64,000 nucleotides of DNA from Podarcis muralis (taxonomy: Eukaryota): positions 26,908,001 through 26,972,000 of the forward strand of contig NC_135667.1 in NCBI RefSeq assembly GCF_964188315.1, in the 5' to 3' direction. Made by a program: the position numbers and the translations under genes. The stretch's first letter is position 1; the number at the start of each line of letters is the position of its first letter. Of this stretch, positions 11,866 through 22,643 are shown in pieces. Under the pieces are notes generated by a model. The model saw only the letters and a program-made list of their open reading frames with translations. It was not told the origin of the DNA and did no database searches.

Positions 11866-12107
11866 CAGTGGTACCTCAGGTTATATACGCTTCAGGTTAC
11901 ATACGTTTCAGGTTACAGACTCCGCTAGCCCAGAAATAGTGCTTCAGGTTAAGAACTTTGCTTCAGAATGAGAACAGAAATTTTGCTCTGGCAGCGCGGC
12001 GGCAGCAGGAGGCCCCATTAGCTAAAGTGGTGCTTCAGGTTAAGAACAGTTTCAGGTTAAGTACGGGCCTCCGGAACAAATTAAGTACTTAACCCGAGGT
12101 ACCACTG
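11866..12107. mobile_element. Tc1/mariner-type MITE
   Basis: TA|CAGTGGTACCTC...GAGGTACCACTG|TA. Confidence 0.85.
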
Positions 12108-12139
12108 TACATCAATACCAGCAAGAAAGAAAAATGGGA

Positions 12140-12310
12140 GGCATCTAAGGAAACTAGTGTGGATGCATAAGGAGCTTTCAGATGAGCTGAGAGTTAAGAA
12201 GGGGATGTATAAGAAATGGAAGAAAGGGAAAATCACAAGGAGCCAACAGTTGCACGGGGAAGTCAGGTGATAGTTCTTTCACTTGTGCAGTAAACCACTT
12301 GATGTTTAAG
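12140..12310 (+). mobile_element. Degenerate CR1 LINE ORF2 fragment
   Basis: GAGCTGAGAGTTAAGAAGGGGATGTATAAGAAATGGAAG resembles the CR1 ORF2 'ELRxKKxMYKKWK' region. Confidence 0.4.
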
Positions 12311-13039
12311 GCATGAGATTCACATCCTCTCTTGTGTGGTTGTGTATTCCCACAACTCACGCATATGGAAGTCCTACCACAGAGATAGGGAACCTGTAGT
12401 CCTCTAGATGTTGTTAGACTACAACTTCCATAATCCCTGACCATTGGCTGTCCTGGCTGAGGCTGATAAGAGCTGTAGCCCAATGATAGTGATACAGTCA
12501 TAGGTTCCCTATGCCTGTCCTATCACATTACTTCTGTGCTCTGTACTTTGTAATGTAAAAACCTGTGCTCCTACACAAACAAGTAGAATTGGTCCGTGCA
12601 AGATTCTGCCTCAGTATCCATGCCACAATCCTGGCCTCCACTCCATCCAACCAAGGATTTCACCAAACATCCACTTGTAACCGGAAATGTTGTGGATCAG
12701 CAAAATCCCTCTCACTACTTGGCAGGATGATAGCCTGCTTACCTTATCATGATATGTACACTGTGCTAAGTTACTGTTTCTTAGGTAGTCATCTGTACTC
12801 AGCCCAGCATAAGCCTTCTTCTGCAACAATCATTCATTCACGCACTCAGTGGCATAGCTTCATGCACCTCTTCTACTGCCTGCTAGAGCCTTCTGAAGTC
12901 TCTAGCACATCTCATCATCCATACATAAAGTTCAACAAAAGATTCACATTGTATTGGGGGGGGACCCTTTTCAGCCCAAGGGTCATTGCTTTTCAGGGGT
13001 CACATCCCAGTGGTACCTATGGGTGTGGCTATAATAATA

Positions 13040-13385
13040 TAATAATAATAATTTATTATTTATACCCCGCCCATCTGGCTGAGTTTCCCCAGCCACTCTG
13101 GGCGGCTCCCAATCAGTGTTAAAAACAGTACAGCATTACATATTAAAAACTTCCCTGAACAGGGCTGCCTTAAGATGTCTTCTGAATATCAGGTAATTAT
13201 TTATCTCTTTGACATCTAATGGGAGGGCGTTCCACAGGGCGGGCGCCACTACCGAGAAGGCCCTCTGTCTGGTTCCCTGTAGCCTCACTTCTCGCAATGA
13301 GGGAACCGCCAGAAGGCCCTCGGCGCTGGATCTCAGTGTCCGGGCTGAATGATGGGGGTGGAGACGCTCCTTCAGGTATAGAGAC
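13040..13385 (-). mobile_element. L2 LINE 3' end
   Basis: ORF 13136-13420 ...RQRAFSVVAPALWNALP...[14 protein letters not shown], with an (ATA)n-like tail. Confidence 0.8.
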
Positions 13386-14821
13386 AACAGCGGGCGGAGC
13401 AATGGATGTGACTCTTCCATGCGGACAGTAAGCTACATTTCAGCCCAGCAAAAGCCAGAGGTTTCTACTTCCCACATAACATCTCTTCATCCTCTATCAA
13501 GCAAACAAGAGGCATTGTCACAGTTCAAGGAAGCACTCCAAAAAGGCCAAAGCATTTGAGAGGGGATGAAGGAGGGACTGGGTAGAGTCCCATTGGCCAA
13601 ATAGAGAGGCTTGAAGGGTCTGGGGTTCCCCATCCCTGTCTCAGGGTATTTATCTATGACAGCTGGGGTGGGGGAGGAATTTGTACATTTTTTGCACTTT
13701 CCAAAACAGTATGTGAGCCAAAGCACAGCTATCTTTTGAACTTTGTGTTTGTCCTAATTTTGTGATGCAGTTTTCCAGTCAAACAATGCTTACAAAGATT
13801 ATTAAGGAAGGTATGCATAAAAATGAAAGTCTGTGTGTGGGGGATGTAAAACACAATAGCAGTCAATTACAACATTCCTAGAGTGTACATGTTTAGACAT
13901 GGGGAGGGATGTTTGTCCAGCCAGCAGGTAAACTTCCTGTTTCCCTCTGGGCTGGGACAGACTTCCTCCGCATGTGACTAGAGGTGGGTGTGGCCTCACC
14001 TGTGCAGGTAATGATAAAAGCACAGGGCAGGGGCAGCCATCTCTCTCTCTTACTTCTCTTCCTTTGAACAAGCAACATCTACTGAGTGAAAGATGCCCTC
14101 TTGGCTCCCAGCCAAGAGAGGACAAAGGGACTATCTTCTTATAAGATAGATTCCAAATGTATGTTACTTCATTAAGCCTAAGTCTGCCTTCTGGGATCTG
14201 ATTGTGAACAGATTGTGGGTAAACTCTTTTTATCCTTTTGTAAAGGACTGTGTCGTGTCTTCTATTTTGAGAGGGAATAAGGGGAAATTACCAGAATAGT
14301 CATTACACAGGCTAAAGTGAGCCTGAGCAAATGCTGCCGTTGCAAACAAAATAAAGGGGAATGTTTTACTCTGCTGATATTGGAAACTTGTTAACACAAG
14401 TTGGATAAGGATATAATCAGACAATATATCCTCTCCTGCATTCCTGAACATTCCCACAGTGTGTTTGTGTAAAAATTGCTTGCAGCAGTGTGCGCATTTC
14501 TCAAAACTGCATATAAAAATGTGCTTATTGTGAGACATCTATACTAATATGCTGGTGAATTTTCATGAGTTTTCAAGTGTATACTTAGGCTTGTGGTGCT
14601 AATACCAGAGACAGCAAAAAACAAGAAGCTATTTTGGTAAGATCTCAATATTTATTCATTCATCAGCAAAGCAGTAAAGTATATGCATCATATACAAAGG
14701 TTAAGTTGGTTAAAGCAGCGGAAGCCTTGACTCTATTGGCAATCTACACAGGAGCCCACTTGACAATCATGTGGTCCCACAACTACCTGCCATAAGGTGC
14801 ATCATCACCATCTTTCTGGCT

Positions 14822-17800
14822 CTAATCAAGTAAGCATGGACTGTCAGCGTTTTGGTTGTTGTCAAAGCATTGAATACAGCCTCGGTTGTCATTGTAGCAC
14901 CGGAATAGGGGGGAATTCCGGATCCTTTCCCAGGCCTTCACCACAACCTCCTTCTCCTCCTGTGTGTCCCTCCGATAAACAGTCTCAAAAACAAAAGCCC
15001 TGGCATCTTCATTGTACCTGTTAAAAAGAGGGTTCACCATCTGTACAATGTTTCTCATGTCATTCTCATTGAGACATTGGTTCACACAGGGGGAGAATTT
15101 GCTAAAGAAGATCAGGCAACTATTTTGGTCCTTATTGGCTAGGATCCTTTCTACTGGGCTATTCTGGCCTCCAGTCAGTAAGCACCATTCAGCATGCACT
15201 GCTGAATTTCCCAGAAACATTGGCCTGGCTGCAACAACATCCCCTATCTGACCTGGGTTATACATTCCATTTTCCTGCATAATAGCCGTATGCATCTGAG
15301 CCATTTTGTCTGTAGGTAAAGCAGTCTCTAAATTCTGCCGTGTAGGATTTCTGCAGTATGTGTTATCCAGTCTTACAGCCACAGCATAATGGTTATAGGG
15401 GAGGCCATACCTAAGAAAAAACAAAGGAAAGCTGAGAATGAGTGATGCTGAACTATTCCAAACCAGGTTCCTCCTTTTGGCCCATGTTGGCTTGATTTTT
15501 TATTACAGTCTCAGTTGCAGTCATTTGAATGGAGAGGCAGAGAAGTTCCAGTTCTACTGCAATATCTATGATGACCTATTTATAGATAGAAGCCACAACT
15601 TAATGTTACAGCAGATAGCCAGGGGTTTTTTGGGGGGATGGGACGTCAATAACCCAAGATGATGGAGTTTATGATGTTAATTGGAATTAGATTTGCTAAG
15701 CAAAACCAGGAGTGCCATGAGAGCCAGACCAGTGGGTGCAGATCACGGGTTCCATACATCCTAGAGGGGGAATACCCTTTTCTTTTAAATACTGTGCTAG
15801 TAAAAGCACCATATTTGCTTGCAACAGAAGAAGGCTCTCAGCACATCAGCATTTTCCAGGACACCCATATGACTATGTGCTGCATAATCCCATGGGCATC
15901 CCAGGAAGTGAAGCCAGACATTGTGCTGCTCTGAGTGCACAAGGTTTTTTAAAAATAAAGACCACCTCAGCTATGGCACCGCTAATGTGTTTGGGGCACA
16001 CTGGCTGAGGCTTGTAGCCAGCAGGGTCTGCATAATGCCCAGTTAGTTCCTTCCCAAATCACCCTGTTTCTCCTGCAGTGCCCTTTCTCCCAGAGGTAGG
16101 ATGGTGGAGGAATGCGATTCAGTCCACATTTAAAGGTGAACCTACCAAATTTTCACTTTCCAAAATAGTTTGAAAACCAAAATAAGCCCCCCCCAAAAAA
16201 AAAATTCACACTTCTCCAAATTATGCAATGTACTTCTTGAGCAAGGGACGCAGGTGGCGCTGTGGGTTAAACCACAGAGCCTAGGACTTGCCGATCGGAA
16301 GGTTGGCGGTTTGAATCCCCGCGACGGGGTGAGCGCCCATTGTTCGTTCCCAGCTCCTGCAAACCTAGTGGTTCGAAAGCACATCAAAGTGCAAGTAGAT
16401 AAATAGGTACCGCTGCAGCGGAAAGGTGAACGGCCTTTCCAAAACAATTTGAAAAGCAAAATAAGCCCCCCCCCCCGAAATTCACACTTCTCCAAATTAT
16501 GCATTGTACTTTTCGAGCAAAGTAATTTGCACAAATGACCATTGACTTTGCTACAGCCCATTAAAGGACAGCTTTGTTTTCATGAACTTGGGGGATAAGT
16601 GTGTTAACAGGTTTTCTAGGAAGTGAAAAGACCTCACTGCTAAAGCCCCAATAGAAAGCAGAAAGACAAGAAAGGCTATAGGTGTAAAACCGATGGGAAA
16701 TGTTCGACTTCATTGCTATGAGAGTTTGGAGGACCTGTTCTGAAAGCAGAAGAAAATGACCATTACAACGTTAGAAGTACTATATAAATGGAAGAACCAC
16801 TAACCTTTTAAAGTGCTGTAGAACTTAGGTATGCCTTCAGTGTTTACTGTTATGTCCTACCCATATAAGAACAAATTACTTCCTTAACAAGCTCATTTGG
16901 AAATGGATATCTAACTTAAGAGGGTGATTGGAGGTGAAAGTTAGTTCCATAGGAGGGGATTATTGTTTTTGTTTGTTATTATGGTGTATATTTTTGTGTT
17001 TTTATAACCTGCCCTGTGGTCCTTGGATGAAGGACAGAATAGAAATTTCATTAATTAATTAATTAATTAATTATGCATATATTAAGGTACAGTATGCATA
17101 AAAATGCATGTACGTTGTAAAAATAACATAAAAATCATTGTCTTAGGGAGGAATTTTTTGCAAAAATGTGTATGTTAGGAAAAACTGCATAAAAACTTGT
17201 GAATATAAATTTCCACTAAATGCTGGTGATTTTTCTTGGAAATGTGGAAAACTGAAGAGTGGAAAGATGAGAACCTGAAATAAACCTGCTCACCCATCCT
17301 TATGCAGTGCTTCCCTGTACAGGCATCTCAATGTACAAGTTTTTATGTACCTTGCAATATTCACAGTCATAATGATATTGCCTTCAATTTGTTTTGAGGG
17401 GTTTTTCGAAATGTGTTGAACACTTGCTTGGAAAGCCCCAGAAAAATCCAAAACATTACTCACTCTCTGATGTAGTCAATGATTGCCTTCAAGTTGTTTG
17501 GATCTATAGACCCAAAGGCTCCACTTGTCAAACACAGCAGGAATGTCACACTCAACAGGCTGAAACCCAACCGACTTCTGGACACCTGTCAGAAGAAAAC
17601 AAAAAGAGAGGGCACTCAGAGTAGCGTCATTGGCTAGGTGTTTCCAGCCACTCTGCTCCACCCCCTGCCTTTGGAAGGGTCATAGGAAGCTGCTGCCTGA
17701 ATGGTGACTGTCTTTGGGAAGCTGAGAGTCCAGAAAATTGATCTAACTGGCAAGCAGTAGTGGGTGGAGACCCTGAGACTGGTAGAGGTTGCCAGAACTA

Positions 17801-18408
17801 GACTGCAGAAGCTAGGCTATACCGTTCAGATAGGGGTGTAGCTGGACCATCAGCCCAAACTGATAGAAGACACTCCATGCCAATGAGGCTTTTTATGACT
17901 CAAGTGACAAGAGTGGCTCCAGAAATATCCCCAAGCTATGCATTTCCAGTTTCATGCACCTACTCCTTAATTAGCTACATGAGGGTGCAATGCTATCTGG
18001 ATATAAGATATACCTATCATATATTTTCTCAGTTCTAAAACGATTACATTGTACTTTAATTTTATTACTGTCAATCTTGAATATTTGTCTTTGAATTTAA
18101 TCGTCTTACATCTTGTGAGCTGTTAATTGTTTTGAGCTGCTTGGAGCTCATCCTTGTTGTCAGGAAAGCAGCACACAGATATTAAATCAAAATCCTAATG
18201 TTGTAGAATTATACTGTTGTTGTTGTTTTCTTTTCAATGAAGCATTTTCATCATTCCTACTTGTTTTGTAAGTAGGAATGATGATAATGTCTTATTGGTA
18301 TGAATGTTATATTTATTAATAACATGTATTATATGCCACAATAATAACAGAAGCTTGATAGAGGCATATCAGATAAATTCTAACAGAGTTACTCACTGTC
18401 GGCTCCAT
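14822..18408 (-). CDS. SNAD-like secreted deaminase, locus 3 (complete, 240 aa)
   Basis: Exon 1 18408-18397; exon 2 17585-17464; exon 3 15410-14822 (HAEWCLL...SPCVNQC). All GT-AG and in phase. AATAAA at 14656-14651. Confidence 0.85.
16245..16433 (+). mobile_element. Sauria SINE 5' half inserted in intron 2 of deaminase locus 3
   Basis: GGGACGCAGGTGGCGCTGTGGGTTAAACCACAGAGCC... tRNA-like head. Absent at the homologous site in locus 2 (~9075). Confidence 0.85.
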
Positions 18409-18478
18409 GGTAGGAAAGTAGCTTGTCTCCCAGCCAAAGATGGTCTTCCTCCCACTTACAGCAATAATTCACCAGCTC

Positions 18479-18486
18479 TTTATATA
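18479..18486 (-). promoter_or_regulatory. TATA box of deaminase locus 3
   Basis: TATATAAA at the position homologous to the locus 2 TATA box. Confidence 0.65.
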
Positions 18487-18837
18487 GGTATTCTGTTTCT
18501 CTTAGGAAAGGTTGGATACCCCTCCTTGTATATAGAACTGCCAATCACAAAACAGAGAGTTGGTCAGGTTTTTTTTTAAAAAAAAACACCTGACCAATTA
18601 CAGGAAGAAATTGTCACGAGGCAGGGAGGATCTGCAACTCTTTCTGTTCTTGGTAAGAGAAATGATAGAGAAACCCTATGGTCACATCATCCCTCTGCAA
18701 CGTGTAATGACTGTGAAGGGAACCCAAATATTGTTTGCTAAGCTCTTTGGACTGCAAATACATTTGCATCAGCATTTTGGGAAGATTCTTGGTACTGAAA
18801 CCAGCACCATTACAAAACAGTGCATCAGTTGCTGACT

Positions 18838-19145
18838 AGGGGGGAATTCCGGATCCTTTCTCAGGCCCCCACCACAACCTCCTTCTGTGTGTCCTTCCCA
18901 TAAACAGTCTCAAAAACAAAAGCCCTGAAATCTTGAGGGAACCTGATAAAAAGGGGGCTGGCCATCTCCACAATCCAGTTCTCGTCTTCCTTGTTGAGAC
19001 AGTGGTCTGTACAAGGAGATAATTTGCTAAAGAATATCAGACAACCATTTTTACCCTTATTTTCCAAGATCCTTTCTACTGGACTATTCTGGCCTCCAAT
19101 CAGCAGGCGCCATTCAGCATGTTCTGTATCCTTTTTCATAGCCAT
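18838..19145 (-). pseudogene. SNAD-like deaminase, locus 4: truncated pseudogene fragment
   Basis: HAEWRLL...SPCTDHC is retained. TGG>TGA occurs at the conserved AW (stop at 18863-18861), homology breaks off at ~18838 before the FRCY/CIxC motifs, and there is an in-frame stop shortly upstream of the ORF start. Confidence 0.8.
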
Positions 19146-19459
19146 AGTATAAATAGAAATTCAGTACATCTCACAATAGTGGAGAAGACTGTGACTAGTT
19201 GATCTCTGGGCTTGCTCACTCTGCTGTCCAAGTTCTAAGTATTGATGGGCAACTTCCAAGCCATTGCTTGCCCTTCTCGTGGTTCTTTATCTTTAAATAA
19301 TACTTGGACCAAACTGCCCTACAATTAAAGGCTGCCTTCAGACAGATAACTGTTTATAACCTTCCCCTCCAAACCTCCAAATCTGAAGCTGCCAGCCCGC
19401 TCCCCTTTAAATCCAGTGGGAGAAAAGGGAGAAAGAAAGTGTGTGTGTGCGCGCGCGCG

Positions 19460-20895
19460 CAAAAAACACATACAACAAAAACCATAATAACGCTAATAAC
19501 ACAATCTGACAATTCAGATTTAAACACTGATATACCTATGACTACACCTTTTTAACAATATTTCCCCACCTCTCCTCCCCCTACTTCCCACCACTGTCTG
19601 CCTTATCACTTAAATATTCCTTCCAGGTTTCTTCATATTTATCCACTCTTAATTTGCGTTGACATGCAATTCATTCGTATGTAGCTAGTCTGTCCATATT
19701 ATCCATCCATGTGCTCAATAGAATCTTTTTGCGGCTCTTCCAATTCATCAAAACAAGTTTTTTTGCTTCTAATATGGCATGGTACATCCTTTTTTTTTTT
19801 ACCCCTTGTAATCTCCCACGTTTCCGGAATATAATTTAGAATTAAATTCAATTCCCCTAAATAACAATTTATTTTTATTACTCTTGCTATAAATGTCCTC
19901 ACCTCGCACCAAAATGATCTTATCATCGGGCAATTAATCATCATATGTACTAGTTCGCATTTTTACTCCCACATCTCCAGCAGTTGTCTGCACTTGTTAT
20001 TTTCTTCTGGTATAGTTTTGCTGGAGTCCAGTGGACTCTGAATATTATTTTCTGCTGAATAAGTCTTAGTCTTAGATCCATAGTGGCTATCTCTGTTGAT
20101 TTTATACTTGACTCCCATATATCATTTGTTATCTGTACCCCTAACTCTTCGTTTTTGTCTATCATATTCTAAATCATATTTCTTCCTGTTGAGTAGGGTT
20201 TTATATAGTGTAAGTGTAGAGCTCTTTGTTTTTGTTGCAGAGATTAAATCTTGTAGCAGCATGGGTGTTTCCGATGCTTCTAGAGCGTCAGGGCCAAACT
20301 GCCTTTCCAACATATGTTTCAATTGGATGTATTGCCATTGTGTTTCACTGGTTAATCCATACTTTACTTATATTCCACAAATTTGTAATTTTCATCAATT
20401 AATTGATTCAATGTCAAAATACCTTTTTTCATCCAATTTTGCCAAATTATTACTTGATTTCCAATTTTTAATTTTGGGTTGGCCCATATTGTTAATTTCT
20501 CCTTATTATTTTTATTTATATTCATTCAAATTTTTATAGGTGCTTTCATAGTCTCCAGGATAATAGGATATTTCATAAATTTGGAGCCGAGTTTAGTCCA
20601 CCCTACAAGAGGTTCAAAGAAACTACATTCGAGAGTAGCCCAACTGGGATTCCTGCTAGCTCTCCAATCGTTAGTCTTACTCAGCATGTAGGCCTGGTGA
20701 TATAGTTCCAGATCTGGGAGACCAAAGCCACCTTCCTTAGTTGGAAGTTGCATTTTATGTAGTGATATTTTTAGTGGCTTTGTACCCCATAGGCACGATC
20801 TAAATAGTTGATTTGTTTTTTGGAAGTAAAATTTGGGAACATGTATTGGTAATCCTCTAAGAATGTATAAAAGCTTTGGAACGACATTCATTTTG
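19460..20895 (-). mobile_element. L1-type LINE ORF2 3' part, frameshifted
   Basis: ORFs 20526-20891 (MNVVPKLLY...KEGGFGLPDLELYHQA), 19950-20165 (IIFRVHWTPAKL...CWRC) and 19699-19944. Confidence 0.85.
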
Positions 20896-22036
20896 AGGGC
20901 ATTAATCTTCTTCTTTTATAGAGCCATTCCACCTCTCTTGGGGGGGGGGAGCCTCTCCTACAGTTTCAAATTGCAAAACAGGAATGAGTTGAGTTCCTAG
21001 GAAGGATCTGAAGCACGTCACTACATGTAAAAAGAATGGTGGAACAGGAACTGTGTGATAAAACATAAAAGACAGTTGACAATCAAGGAGGGTGGCCAAT
21101 TACTAATGCAAATTCCACCAAAGAAAAGGAACTGGTATTTCTGGAGAAGTGTATAAATTGCCACGTGTCGTCTGCTTAACCTTGAGGTGATCTTTCGTTT
21201 TGTTTTTTGGCATGGAGCCTATTCATTCCATGGAAGTCAGGGAGAGTGAAAGATCCGAGGTCATGTATACAGTCAAATATTATGACAGACTCCTTCTGTA
21301 AACAGCTTTGTGGGATTTCTAAGGAAATTGTGTAAGTGGTGCTTTTCTCTTTCTTCCTCTGTCTGCACTGTGGCAACAGGGGGCAATCTGGGGGCAGAAG
21401 TTCACAGCCCCACTTAACAGAATGAGCTGGAGGTCACAAACTGCAGAAGGGCTGGGTTGTGGCATTCTCTTTCTTTTGGTGTAAAGATTTTTATTAAAGT
21501 TTTTCATAATACAGTAAGATATAGAAAACTAATGTATTTTTTTATTTTAAAAAAGCTACAAAAAGTACAAATAGAATAAGGTGTCCTCTCTTAAAGGTAG
21601 TTCTTAACGCTTGCCACCCACAGAAGGTAGTAGCCACTTTCTCCTCCTAGCCTCTCACCCTGGAAGACCAACATTTTCCTGCCTCCCATCCAGGGTCTCT
21701 CCATCAACCATCTATCACTCCTGGACCCTAATAAAAGCCCTGAGTAGAGGATGTCAGAGAAGAGAGAGAATGAAGAAAAGAGAAAAGAAAGAGGAAGAAT
21801 CAGGAAGAAGAAAGAAAAGAGAGGCAGGGGGAGAGAGAAAGAGAAAGGGAAAGGAAACAATTTAAAATTAAAAAAGGGACTTCTTATTTTCCATCTGCCG
21901 GTTGCATTAAAACAAAATGATAACATACAAATCTCCTCCACTTTCTGTTAAACAATATTTCTTTGAAGTCCAATTGTCTCAAAATCATTCATTTCCTTGT
22001 CCACAAATGAAAAGATACATTGCATCAACAGCAGTA

Positions 22037-22310
22037 CAGTGGTACCTCAGGTTAAGTACTTAATTCGTTCTGGAGATCCGTTCTTAAACTGAAACTGTTC
22101 TTAACCTGAAGCACCACTTTAGCTAATGGGGCCTCCTGCTGCTGCCGCACCGATGGAGCACGATTTCTGTTCTCATCCTGAAGCAAAGTTCTTAACCTGA
22201 AGCACTATTTCTGGGTTAGCAGAGTCTGTAACCTGAAGCGTATGTAACCTGAAGCGTATGTAACCTGAAGCGTATGTAACCTGAAGCGTATGTAACCCAA
22301 GGTACCACTG
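22037..22310. mobile_element. Tc1/mariner-type MITE with an internal 17-bp tandem expansion
   Basis: TIRs with TA flanks. GTAACCTGAAGCGTAT(G) repeated ~4 times at ~22228-22295. Confidence 0.85.
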
Positions 22311-22643
22311 TACTGGTTTTCCGGGTTTATACAAAGACAGGATGAAAGAAGAAGAAATACTAATGAGGGCATGGGGAGAACTGAGGTGTGTGCTAAATCT
22401 AAGTCAGCTGTGCTCTGTTCATTTCTGCCAAAAGGAATATGAGCTAAGTTCTCCAATGGAAGCATCCATGATTTAATTCTTAGAATACCCCCTACAACCA
22501 TGATCACCTGTACAATAAATATAATGGGGAAACACAGAGTAGTTGTGGGGCACACGTTCACACATTCCCATAAATCCTTGCCACTGTCCTTTTTAATGAA
22601 ATATAGATTACAGTGTACCGTAAAGACATGCTTTTATATTGTC

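Larger units (their letters stand above)
7649..18837. repeat. Tandem duplication unit (~7.2-kb offset): ~7650-11765 vs ~14820-18837
   Basis: Near-identical ORF pairs (8268/15438, 8568/15736, 10318/17394, 11232/18304, 11540/18560) and long identical nucleotide runs. Confidence 0.9.

Noticed and set aside
22228-22295. CRISPR-like direct repeats
   Set aside because: Head-to-tail 17-bp repeats with no spacers, inside a MITE in a vertebrate genome.
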